Shown: positions 9,738 to 18,531, counted from the stretch's first letter. The stretch: 64,000 bases of DNA from Nannocystis bainbridge (GCF_028368995.1 NZ_JAQNDL010000001.1:576001-640000), one strand, 5' to 3'. Notes: a model not told the origin generated them from the letters alone. Made by a program: numbers and translations.

Positions 9738-9899
9738 ATGAAGGAGACGATTCAAGAGGTCGAGGGCGTGAAGGAGATCGATCCGGCCCACATCCACGAC
9801 CTGTTCCAGCTCGAGACCCTGGCCCCGCCGAGCGAGGCCAACGGCATGAGCTGCTGCGTGATCATCTGCCGGACCTGGACCCCGGGCCAGGCGGGCTGA
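9738..9899 (+). CDS. Putative RiPP precursor peptide, 53 aa (MKETIQEVEGVKEIDPAHIHDLFQLETLAPPSEANGMSCCVIICRTWTPGQAG)
   Basis: AGGAG SD at 9724-9728; GC3-biased codons; acidic leader plus Cys-rich C-terminus; directly upstream of modifying-enzyme genes. Confidence 0.82.
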   Translation: MKETIQEVEGVKEIDPAHIHDLFQLETLAPPSEANGMSCCVIICRTWTPGQAG

Positions 9900-9925
9900 A
9901 CCAGGGCGCCCGCCACCACCACGCC

Positions 9926-10732
9926 ATGACGATTCCACCGGACAACTTGTCGGAGTATCGCGACCACGGCGCGACGGTGCTGCGCGGCGTCATCCCGGCG
10001 AGCTGGCAAGCCCGCCTGGAGGCGGCGATCGACCGGGTGCTCGCCGCGCCCGGCTCGATCGCCGTCGACTACACCCCGCCGGACCGACCCGGTCGCTTCT
10101 ATAACGATTTCTTCTTGTGGCTGCGCGAGCCCGAGTTCGCCGCGTTCGTGCGCGAGTCGCCGCTGCCCGCGCTGGCCGCGGAGCTGCTCGGCGCGGCGAA
10201 GGTCGGGTTCTTCTTCGACCAGCTGTTCGTCAAGGAGCCGCGCACCCAGGAGAGCATGCCGTGGCATCAAGACCTGCCGTACTGGCCGGTCGCGAGCGAC
10301 GCGCTGGTGACGATGTGGGTGCCGCTCGACGTCGTCACCCGCGAGAGCGGCGCGGTGGTCTACGCCCGCGGCTCGCACCGCTGGGGTCGCGTCGCCAAGC
10401 GCTGGCGGTTCGCCCGCGACGGCGCGACGGCCCCGCCCGAGACGGAGGAGATCCGCGAGGCGTCGTTCATGTACTGGGACCTGCGGCCCGGCGACGTGCT
10501 GGTCCACCACCCGCTGACGGTGCACGCGTCGGGCGGCAACGCGACGCCGGGGACCCGCCGCCGCGCGCTCGCGCTGCGCTACTTCGCCGACGGTTGCGTG
10601 TACCAGCCGCGCGAGGGCGACATCCTGCAGAACCCGCGCGTGCGCGAGCTGCTGCCTGACCTCGCCCTCGTCGCCGGCGAGCCGCTACGCGGCCCGGAAT
10701 TTCCGATCGTGTGGCCCCCGGAGGTCGCGTGA
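9926..10732 (+). CDS. Phytanoyl-CoA dioxygenase (PhyH)-family Fe/2OG dioxygenase
   Basis: DQLFVKEP, WHQD, WVPLD, GSHRW, PGDVLVHH..TVHASGGN, RRALALRY. True start ATG 9926; the ORF track over-extends it. Confidence 0.88.
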   Translation: MTIPPDNLSEYRDHGATVLRGVIPASWQARLEAAIDRVLAAPGSIAVDYTPPDRPGRFYNDFFLWLREPEFAAFVRESPLPALAAELLGAAKVGFFFDQLFVKEPRTQESMPWHQDLPYWPVASDALVTMWVPLDVVTRESGAVVYARGSHRWGRVAKRWRFARDGATAPPETEEIREASFMYWDLRPGDVLVHHPLTVHASGGNATPGTRRRALALRYFADGCVYQPREGDILQNPRVRELLPDLALVAGEPLRGPEFPIVWPPEVA

Positions 10733-11556
10733 CGCCGCCGCCGCTGGTCGGCTTCGCCTATCGCCGGCAGTATCGCGCCGCGCTGTGCGAGGCGGCGCGC
10801 GGGCCCGACGTGCTCGAGCTGATGGCCGAGTCCTTCGACCCGCGCCTGCCCGGCCGGATCGACGACGTGCGAGCGCTGCGCGAGCGCTACGCGCTGATCG
10901 GGCACAGCGTCGGGCTGTCGATCGGCTCGGTCGAGCGCCCGCCGCAGGCCTACCTCGACGGGCTGGCGCGCTTCGTCGAGTTGGTCCAGCCGCGGGTCTA
11001 CAGCGACCACTTCGCCGTCACCTACGCCGGCGGGCGCGACCTCGGGCACCTGACGCCGATCTGGTACGGCGAGCAGGCGCTCGAGGTCGTCGTGAACAAC
11101 CTTACCGCGGCGCGGCGCTTGCTCGGCGTGCCGATCTGCCTCGAGCTCATCGCCGAGCCGTTCTCACTGCCCGGCGCGCAGTGGGACCAGGCCCGCTTCG
11201 CCGCCGAGGTGTGGCGCGCGTGCGGCTGCGGGATCCACCTCGACGTCACCAACGTCTTCATCAACGCCCGCAACTCGGGTCAGTGCCCGCGGGCCTCGAT
11301 CGCCGCGCTGCCGGCCGAGGCGGTGCAGATGATCCACGCCGTCGGCTTCGGCCGCTACGAGCACGGCGAGCTGGCCGACACCCACGACCAGGACATCCAG
11401 CAGGAGCTGTGGGACCTGCTCGCGTACACCTTCACGCGCGTGCGCCCGACCACCGCCGTCATCGAGCGCGACGCCAACTTCCCGCCGTACGAAGCGCTGC
11501 TGGCCGAGGTCGATCGCATGCGCTCGCTCGCCACGCCCCTGGAGGTCGCCTCGTGA
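10729..11556 (+). CDS. DUF692 / multinuclear non-heme iron-dependent oxidative enzyme (MNIO; MbnB/TglH/ChrH family)
   Basis: GHSVGLSIGS, SDH, LELI, LDVTN, IHAVG, DTH, IERDANFPP: the iron-ligand pattern of DUF692. GTG start overlaps the upstream stop (GTGA). Confidence 0.9.
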   Translation: MTPPPLVGFAYRRQYRAALCEAARGPDVLELMAESFDPRLPGRIDDVRALRERYALIGHSVGLSIGSVERPPQAYLDGLARFVELVQPRVYSDHFAVTYAGGRDLGHLTPIWYGEQALEVVVNNLTAARRLLGVPICLELIAEPFSLPGAQWDQARFAAEVWRACGCGIHLDVTNVFINARNSGQCPRASIAALPAEAVQMIHAVGFGRYEHGELADTHDQDIQQELWDLLAYTFTRVRPTTAVIERDANFPPYEALLAEVDRMRSLATPLEVAS

Positions 11557-13691
11557 CACCGCTGACCCTCTGCATGATCGTCAAGTTCCCGCCGATCCAG
11601 GGCGGCGTCAGCCAGCAGAGCTACTGGCTGGCGCACAACTTCGCGCGCGCCGGTCACCGCATCCACGTCGTCACCAACGCGCTCGAGGCCGCGTCCGACT
11701 ATCGCATGTTCCTGCCGGCGGCCGAGCGCCCGCACCTCGAGGGCGAGTACCCCGGCGGCGGGTTCGTCCGCCTGCACGCGAGCGACGAGGCCGGGCTCGA
11801 GGGCAACTACATCCCGTACGCCAACCCGTACGTCAGCAAGCTGGCGGCGCTGGCCCGCGACGTGGTCCGCGAGCACGCCTGCGATCTGATCTGGGCCGCG
11901 TACCTCGAGCCCTACGGGGTCGCGGCGGCGCTGGCGTCGAAGCTCACCGGGGTGCCCTACGCGGTCCGCCACGCCGGCAGCGACATCGCCGGGCTGGCGC
12001 AGCTGCCGGCGCGCCAGAACCTCTACCTCGACGTGCTCCGCCACGCGAGCCTGGTGGTCACCGCGCCGTTCCTGCGGCCGACGCTGGAGCGCGTCGGGGT
12101 CGCGCACGCGCACATGTTCGCGGTGCCGCTCGCCGCATACGCCAGCGCGGGCTTCGAGCCCGACGGGCCGAAGCTCGACGTCGAGGCATTGCTCGACGAG
12201 GCCGCGGGCGAGCGCGGGCCGTGGCCCCGGCCGGCCCGGCGCTTCGACCCCGCGCTGCCGACGTTCGGCATCTACGGCAAGGTCAGCGGCTACAAGGGCA
12301 TGTTCGAGGTCGTCGCCGCGCTCGGCGAGCTCGCGGCCCAAGGTCGCCGCTTCAATCTTTTGACGTTGGTCGGCGCGCGCGGGCCGGCGGTCACGGCCCT
12401 GCAGCAGGCGGTCGCGCAGGCCGGCATCGCCGAGTCGACGTACGCGCTGCCGTTCTTGCCGCACTGGATGGTGCCGCGGTTCATCCGCACGTGCACCGCC
12501 GTGTGTTTTTTGGAGAACCGGTTCCCGATCGCCATCCACACGCCGCAGGTCGGGTTCGAGATCCTCGCGTGCGGCCGCTGCCTGATCGTGTCCGAGGAGG
12601 TGCGATCGAAGACGCAGCGGCGCGCCGATCTGGTCGACGGGGTGCACGCGCTCGTGATCGACGATCCGGCCGACGCGGCGCAGGTGCGGCGGGCGCTGGC
12701 GCGGGTGCTCGACGACCCCGCCGAGGTGCGGGCGATCGGCGCGCGCGGGCGAGAGTTCGTGACCGGGCGGTTCGCCGCGCCGGACGTGTCGGCGGTGGTG
12801 AAGCGGCTGCGCCGCGTGATCGAGGAGGCAAACCCGATGTCCCTGGAGGGCCTGCAGCGGACCCTGAGCGAGCTCTACGCCGATCCGTCGCTGCGCGCCG
12901 CGCTGGCGGCGGGCGAGGAGGCTGGCCTGCACGGCCGCGACCTCGACGACCGCGAGCGCGCGGCGGTGCTGGAGCTGGGCCGGCGGCTGATGCCGCAGGT
13001 CGAGCGCTTCGGGCAGATGCTCGTGCACAAGCGGCTCGAGTATTTCCTCGAGCTGTTCGCCGCGACCGCGCCGCACCTGCGGGCGCACGAGCCGGCGCTG
13101 TTGGCTGCGTTCGCGCGCGAGTTCGATTTCCGCTGGCGCGCGCCGGCCGAGGACGTCGCGTACTTCGGCGAGTTCCTGCGCCGCCTGCTGGTCGCGCCGT
13201 GGCCGGCCCACGTGCGCGAGCTGGTGCGCTACGACGAATGCATGTGGCGGGCCGAGACGACCGACGACGACGCCGCGCCCGCGTTCGAGCGCCTGCTCGA
13301 GATGCAGATCACCGAGCCGCCCGGCCTCGGCGCGGCGCCGCTGAGCGCCGAGGACCGCGTCGCGCTCGCGCCCGGGGTGATCGTCGAGCGCTTCGCTCAC
13401 CCGGTGCACCGCCTGGCCGCGGAGGGCCCCGAGGCGCGGTTCGAGCCGGCCGCGACGGTGATCGTGTTCACGCCCCGGCGCGGAGCGACCGCCGCCCGCG
13501 CCCACGTGATGAACGAGGAGCTCGTCCGCCTGGCCACAGCCGCGGGCGACGGCCATCCGGTGGCGGCGCTGCTCGACGAGGCCGCGGCGCGTCACGCGGA
13601 GCGCCCGGCCGAGGCGGTGCGGCAAGCCGCCCTGCGCGCGCTGCAACGGCTCGGCGAGCGTCACGTGCTCGTGCGCGCGCCGCTGCGGTGA
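11553..13691 (+). CDS. GT4-like glycosyltransferase fused to a C-terminal MNIO-partner-like (DUF2063/RRE-type) domain
   Basis: GTG at 11553 overlaps the MNIO stop. N-terminal part: KFPPIQGGVS, HAGSDI, GKVSGYKG, EILACG. From ATG 12837: MSLEGLQRTLSELYADP...KR... ending in a winged-helix-like segment. Confidence 0.8.
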   Translation: MTPLTLCMIVKFPPIQGGVSQQSYWLAHNFARAGHRIHVVTNALEAASDYRMFLPAAERPHLEGEYPGGGFVRLHASDEAGLEGNYIPYANPYVSKLAALARDVVREHACDLIWAAYLEPYGVAAALASKLTGVPYAVRHAGSDIAGLAQLPARQNLYLDVLRHASLVVTAPFLRPTLERVGVAHAHMFAVPLAAYASAGFEPDGPKLDVEALLDEAAGERGPWPRPARRFDPALPTFGIYGKVSGYKGMFEVVAALGELAAQGRRFNLLTLVGARGPAVTALQQAVAQAGIAESTYALPFLPHWMVPRFIRTCTAVCFLENRFPIAIHTPQVGFEILACGRCLIVSEEVRSKTQRRADLVDGVHALVIDDPADAAQVRRALARVLDDPAEVRAIGARGREFVTGRFAAPDVSAVVKRLRRVIEEANPMSLEGLQRTLSELYADPSLRAALAAGEEAGLHGRDLDDRERAAVLELGRRLMPQVERFGQMLVHKRLEYFLELFAATAPHLRAHEPALLAAFAREFDFRWRAPAEDVAYFGEFLRRLLVAPWPAHVRELVRYDECMWRAETTDDDAAPAFERLLEMQITEPPGLGAAPLSAEDRVALAPGVIVERFAHPVHRLAAEGPEARFEPAATVIVFTPRRGATAARAHVMNEELVRLATAAGDGHPVAALLDEAAARHAERPAEAVRQAALRALQRLGERHVLVRAPLR

Positions 13692-13880
13692 CTGCCATGA
13701 TCGCCCGAGTCACTCGGCGAGCACCACATCGTGCGCCGTTGCAGTGACTGCCGTGATCGTCCGTATCACTCGGCGAGCGTCACGGGATCGTGCGCGCCGC
13801 TGCTGTGACTGCCGTGATCGTCCGTATCACTCGGCGAGCGTCACGTGATCGTGCGCGCGCCGCTGCAGTGACTGCTGTGA
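13650..13880. repeat. Four imperfect ~60-bp tandem repeats; the first is the 3' end of the GT gene
   Basis: Units beginning CTCGGCGAGC at 13650, 13713, 13769 and 13830. Confidence 0.85.
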
Positions 13881-13918
13881 TTCGCTGCGAGCCCGGTCGA
13901 CTACGATCGGGCGCTCGA

Positions 13919-16507
13919 TCAGGGCAAAATCTCGACGTACCCATCCGTCCCGTGCACGCGGATCCGCTGCCCGTCGCGGATCCGCCGGGTCGCCTGGTCC
14001 ACGCCGACGACGGCCGGCAGGCCGTACTCGCGGGCGATCACGGCCCCATGCGTCATCAAGCCCCCCACCTCCGTCACCAGCCCGGCGATGGCGACGAACA
14101 GCGGCGTCCAGCTCGGGTCGGTGTACGCGGTGACGAGGATGTCGCCCGCCTCGAGATCGGCCCGCGCCATGTCGAGCACGACGCGGGCCCGCCCCTCGAT
14201 CGTGCCGGCGGACACCGGCAAGCCGACCAGCGCGCCGGCCGGCAATCCGTCGGATCGGTACGCCCCGGCGACGACCTCGCCGTCCGAGGTGAGCACGCGC
14301 GGCGGCGTGAGCGAATGATAGGACTCGAAGGCTTCTCTGCGCTGGCGGAGCAGCGCCGCGTCGACGTGATGCGTGCGCACGACGTCGAGGAGCTCCGGCA
14401 ACGTGAGGTAGTCGATGTCGTCCAGCGCCCGCAGCACGCCGGCCTGCACCAGGCGCCCGGCTTCTTCCACCAGCGCCTGCTTGTAGACGAAGAAGCGGCA
14501 GATCATGCCGTACTTCGGGTACTCCCGGTAGCCGATGAAGGTGCGCACGCGATCGATCTGCCGCCGGGTCTCCTCGGCCTTGCGCTCCCCGTCCGGCAGG
14601 GCCCGCAGGCGCTCCTGCAGCTCCTGCGATCGCTTCAGCGCCTCCTGCCGCCCTCGCTCGAAGCGCCGCGCGCCGGCGCCCGGCCCCAGGTTCTTGATGT
14701 TGCCCAGGAGCACCGGCACGAGCATGCCGGGGCGTTCGCTCCACCGCGGCCGCGTGATGTCGATCTCGCCGGCGCAGCGCATGCCGTACGCGTCGAGGTA
14801 GGCGACGATGGCGTCCCGCGCCTCCGGCCCGCCCGGGAGCGTGGCCAGCCCGGCCAGGAAATCGTCGTGCTCGACGCGCTGGAGAAACGCCACCACCTCC
14901 GGATACGGGCGAATGACGTCGGCGACGTCGAGCAGCGCCAGCCCCATCTCCGAGGTGACGTTGTCGGCGACGGACTGCGTGAGGATGTCGGCGGCGCTCT
15001 TCTCGCCAAGCCACGCGTGAAGCTGCTCGTTGAGCCACCAGGTGGCCTCGAACGCGGCCATGAGCACGCGATGGCCCTGCGGATCGAACAACCGCCGCTT
15101 CAGCTCGGGGATGTCGGCGAGGATGCACTCGAGCAGCGCCGCGCCGGTCTTGCCGTGGATGTCGCGCTTCAGGGCGGCGATGGAGGCCTGGTTGCGCTCG
15201 ATCAACCCGGCGACGATGGCGGGGTCGGTGTCGATCGGGGCCGGCGCGCCACCAGCCGGCGCCGCGGCGGGCGGTGGGTCCGGGAGCGCGCGGATGAAAT
15301 CACCGCGCTCCCAGATCGACCGCAGGGCGTCGCGGATCCGCGGGTCGGAGCGGCCGAAGACCTCGAGGAGCTTGGCCCGGCTCGTCGGCGCGGCGAGGCC
15401 CCGCGTGACCTCGACGAACAACCTCCCGCCCGCCTCGTGCATGGGCCCGGCCGCAGCGAGGCGAAACAGCGAAAGCCCCAGCGGCTTCATCGGGTCGGTC
15501 ATCATCTGCTGGTGGCCGACCGAGACGTAGACGTGGTTGTCGCCGTCGCCCGCCTCGGGGATGGGAAACAGGGTGGTGATCGGCCGGCTCTGCACGATCG
15601 AAAATTCGTCGTCGACCAGGCACCACTCGATGTCCTGCGGGCGGCCAAAATGCGCCTCGATCTGCCGGCCGAGCTGCGCGAGCCGTAGCACCTGCGCGTC
15701 GGTCAGCGCCGGCTGCCGCTGCCGCTCGGGCGCGACCGCCTGCGCCTGCGTCCCGCCGACCGGCGCGGCGACGACGGCGAACTGCTTGCAGGCGATCGTC
15801 CTGGTGACGATATCGCCGCCCAACACCTTGAAGATGTCCGGGTTCACCAGGCCGGAGACCTGGGCCTCGCCGAGGCCGAAGCTGGCCTCGACGGAGACGA
15901 CCTTGCGGTGCGACGTGACGGGGTCGGCCGTGAACAGGACGCCGGCGGCCTGCGGGAAGACCATGCGCTGCACGACCACGGCCATGCCGACCTTGCGGTG
16001 ATCGAAGCCGTTGCGCTGGCGGTAGACCACGGCCCGCTCGCTGAACAGCGAGGCCCAGCAGCGACGGACGTGCGCCACGATCGCCGCCGGCCCGACGATG
16101 TTGAGGTACGTGTCCTGCTGGCCGGCGAAGGAGGCCGTCGGCAGGTCCTCCGCGGTCGCGCTCGAGCGGACGGCGTACGCCTCGCGCTCGCCGAGCCGAA
16201 CCACCGCGCCGGTGATCGCGGTTGCCAGCTCGTCCGGGATGGTGATGGCTTCCACGATCGCGTGGATCTCCGCCGCGAGCGCCCGAATCGCCGCGCGATC
16301 GTCCGGCTGCAAGCGCGCCAGCCGGGCCAGTGACTCGGCGATCGAGGGCGCCACGACCCGCTGAAACGCCGCCGTCGTCACGCAGAAGCCGGCGGGCACG
16401 CGCACGCCTTCGAGCCGCGACAGCTCCCCCAGATGCGCGCCCTTGCCGCCGACAACCGCGACCTGCGTCCGATCGATCTCCTCGAAATTCACCACGTAGT
16501 GGCCCAT
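13919..16507 (-). CDS. rph: Rifamycin-inactivating phosphotransferase (PEP-synthase-like, 862 aa)
   Basis: GGKG, VRSSATAEDL, QDIEW, QSRPITTL ATP-grasp; SVGHQQMMTD, YGMRCAGEIDIT, GYREYPKY central domain; C-terminal GGLMTHGAVIAREYG phospho-His swivel. ATG 16507 preceded by AGGGAG. Confidence 0.85.
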   Translation of the reverse strand: MGHYVVNFEEIDRTQVAVVGGKGAHLGELSRLEGVRVPAGFCVTTAAFQRVVAPSIAESLARLARLQPDDRAAIRALAAEIHAIVEAITIPDELATAITGAVVRLGEREAYAVRSSATAEDLPTASFAGQQDTYLNIVGPAAIVAHVRRCWASLFSERAVVYRQRNGFDHRKVGMAVVVQRMVFPQAAGVLFTADPVTSHRKVVSVEASFGLGEAQVSGLVNPDIFKVLGGDIVTRTIACKQFAVVAAPVGGTQAQAVAPERQRQPALTDAQVLRLAQLGRQIEAHFGRPQDIEWCLVDDEFSIVQSRPITTLFPIPEAGDGDNHVYVSVGHQQMMTDPMKPLGLSLFRLAAAGPMHEAGGRLFVEVTRGLAAPTSRAKLLEVFGRSDPRIRDALRSIWERGDFIRALPDPPPAAAPAGGAPAPIDTDPAIVAGLIERNQASIAALKRDIHGKTGAALLECILADIPELKRRLFDPQGHRVLMAAFEATWWLNEQLHAWLGEKSAADILTQSVADNVTSEMGLALLDVADVIRPYPEVVAFLQRVEHDDFLAGLATLPGGPEARDAIVAYLDAYGMRCAGEIDITRPRWSERPGMLVPVLLGNIKNLGPGAGARRFERGRQEALKRSQELQERLRALPDGERKAEETRRQIDRVRTFIGYREYPKYGMICRFFVYKQALVEEAGRLVQAGVLRALDDIDYLTLPELLDVVRTHHVDAALLRQRREAFESYHSLTPPRVLTSDGEVVAGAYRSDGLPAGALVGLPVSAGTIEGRARVVLDMARADLEAGDILVTAYTDPSWTPLFVAIAGLVTEVGGLMTHGAVIAREYGLPAVVGVDQATRRIRDGQRIRVHGTDGYVEILP

Positions 16508-16718
16508 CCGCGCACTCCCTTCGCAAAAGGAGCGAGAGCATAACGCGGCTAGCGAGGCAGTCCACCCCCATTCGCGCTGGCGCTTTGTGACAGTGCGAAG
16601 ATCGGCGGAGGCCCGAAAGGGCGCCCCGGCGCGGCCACGAAGCGCTACACTTGCGGTGGAAGAAGCGAGGAGAGGCGAGTTCGGGCCGCTCGACCCGCGT
16701 CGCCTCGCCGGCTCCCGA

Positions 16719-17384
16719 TCAGCTCGCGGCATTCGCCGGCGGCGCGTCGAATCGATAGGGGGTGCGCTGCGCCGAAGGTCGCGCGGCGAACTCCTGCGCG
16801 AACCGGACCAGCGCGGGGTACGGCTGCAGCGGCAGCGTGGCCCGGAACGTCAGGTGATCGACGAGGCAGTACAGCGAGGCCTCGAACAGGCTCAGCTCGC
16901 GCGACGCGGGCAACGACTCCAGCACCCGCGCGAGGTGCTCGTCGAGCCAGGCGAGCGCGCCCGCGAAGCCCTCGCGCGCCTTGACGAAGTAGAGGTTGTC
17001 GGCCGGCAGCTGCGCGACCACGGTGCCGAAGATCAGCTGCACCTGCGCGGCCATGGCGTGCCGCACCAGCTCGTGGGCGTTGCGCGCCAGATCGCTGCCC
17101 AGCTGCTCCGGCCAGACGACGCGCCGCGGCGGGTCCGCGAGCTCGGCGAGGGCCCGGCAGATGTTCTCGGCCCCGAACACCGGCGAGCCGCCGCGTCGCA
17201 AGATCGGCAGCTTCAGGGCCGGGTTGCCGGCGTAGATCGCCGGATCGGTCTCGGTCATGTCGTGGACCGGCACGAGCTCGAACGACACGCCGAGCTCGTG
17301 GGCGAAGATCAGGGCCAGTCGTGTGAAATGCGAGCTGCTCCGGCCGACGATCTGAACGCGATCCGCGGTGTCATGATGTCCCAT
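16719..17384 (-). CDS. Glutathione S-transferase-like protein
   Basis: GRSSSHFTR, NPALKLPIL, ENICRAL N-terminal GST pattern; helical C-terminal domain. Confidence 0.75.
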   Translation of the reverse strand: MGHHDTADRVQIVGRSSSHFTRLALIFAHELGVSFELVPVHDMTETDPAIYAGNPALKLPILRRGGSPVFGAENICRALAELADPPRRVVWPEQLGSDLARNAHELVRHAMAAQVQLIFGTVVAQLPADNLYFVKAREGFAGALAWLDEHLARVLESLPASRELSLFEASLYCLVDHLTFRATLPLQPYPALVRFAQEFAARPSAQRTPYRFDAPPANAAS

Positions 17385-17565
17385 GTCGAGGCGCCTCCGC
17401 TGCGGCCTCGAGAATGACAGGTCCCGCGCGCAGCAGCGAAGAAAGCGAGCGCCGCTGCCCGAGCGCCCACGGGCGCCTACGGGCGCCCACGCGGTTGGCC
17501 GGCGTCGCCTGCTGCGGCTGCGCCTGATTCACGTCGTCCCGACAGGATGTTAGGACATCGATCCG

Positions 17566-17811
17566 ATGATCGATGTCGTCATGCCTCAGTTGGGAGAGTC
17601 CGTGTCCGAGGGCACGGTCACGCAGTGGTTCGTACGCGAAGGCGATGTCGTGACCCGCGACCAGACGCTCCTGGAGGTCGGGACCTCGAAGGCCGACGTC
17701 GAGATCCCGTCGCCGTCGAACGGCGTCGTCGTATCCATCGACGCCGCGGTCGGGGCCGTGGTCCCCAAGCAAGGGCTGCTGTGCCGCATCGACGAGACCG
17801 CCAGCGGCTGA
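17566..17811 (+). CDS. Stand-alone lipoyl/biotinyl carrier domain protein
   Basis: MPQLGESVSEGTV..W...EGD.V...LLEVGTSKADVEIPSP: E2 lipoyl-domain pattern with the Lys retained. Confidence 0.8.
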   Translation: MIDVVMPQLGESVSEGTVTQWFVREGDVVTRDQTLLEVGTSKADVEIPSPSNGVVVSIDAAVGAVVPKQGLLCRIDETASG

Positions 17812-17821
17812 CAGCGAGCCC

Positions 17822-18184
17822 TCAGCCGGGCGCGAACTCGAACGGATAGCTGGCCTTGAACGTGCCCTCGTCGGGGCGGACGAACAGCCAGCTGCGCACC
17901 GCCGCGGCCACGCAGGCCTCGACCTTCGGGTCGGCCAGGGTCGAGTCCACGGCTTCGCTGTTGAGGACGTGGCCGTCGCTGCCGATCTCGAAGTTCACCG
18001 TCAGCTTGCCGGCCAGCGCCGGCTTGCGGGCCAGGCCCTCGTTGTAACAGGTGCGGACCTCCGGCATGTGGGCGCGCACGACTCGGCGGATCAGGGTCTG
18101 GTAGAGCGAGCCGTCGTCGGCGCGCGCCGGGCCGGCCGCGGTCACGATCGTGGTGAGCATCAGAAGCGAAATCATCGTGCGCAT
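17822..18184 (-). CDS. Secreted AgmX/PglI C-terminal (TonB_C-like) domain protein
   Basis: Signal peptide, then IRRVVRAH..EVRTCYNEGL..KP.LAGK...F.I..DG.V...ACV.....W.F...YPF.F. Confidence 0.78.
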   Translation of the reverse strand: MRTMISLLMLTTIVTAAGPARADDGSLYQTLIRRVVRAHMPEVRTCYNEGLARKPALAGKLTVNFEIGSDGHVLNSEAVDSTLADPKVEACVAAAVRSWLFVRPDEGTFKASYPFEFAPG

Positions 18185-18531
18185 GGGGTCGCGTCTCCTT
18201 GGTTCTCCCCGTTCCACGGGCCCGCCACGCCGAGGTTCCCGGCCCCGCGAACTTTTTTTCGATCTTCGTCCGAACGGGCTCCGGGGCGCCGACAGACTGC
18301 GATCGCCGCGCCTGTCGGGGTCGGCGCCGACGCGGTCGCGCTCGCCGGGCCTGGCCGGGACGGCGCTCGCACGCGCGAGCCCAGGTCGGCGTCGGCGACC
18401 GCCTCGCCCCGGAGAGTCTCCTGTCGGCAGTTCCCCCCGTGCTCCCACGGCCCGAGGCGAATCCCGGCCACTCGCCTGCAAGCGCGTCCGTCCGCGAAGC
18501 CGGTCCCCCGCCCTCGGCGTTATGCTCGGAC

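Noticed and set aside
9515-9925. N-terminal extension of the PhyH ORF (and 10785-11552 of the GT ORF)
   Set aside because: These overlap the precursor and MNIO genes in other frames; true starts at 9926 and 11553 fit the domain boundaries and the GTGA coupling.
13650-13880. CRISPR array (also considered for 19278-19603, 29224-29381 and 62587-62740)
   Set aside because: Units are contiguous degenerate tandem copies without unique spacers, and no cas genes are in the window.
13919-16507. ppsA (PEP synthase), or a self-resistance gene for the RiPP
   Set aside because: The His swivel domain is C-terminal and there is no PEP-binding barrel, matching Rph. It is convergent to the cluster with no evidence of a functional link.
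16508-16718. Rifamycin-associated element (RAE) upstream of rph
   Set aside because: I could not find a convincing 19-bp inverted repeat of that type by eye.
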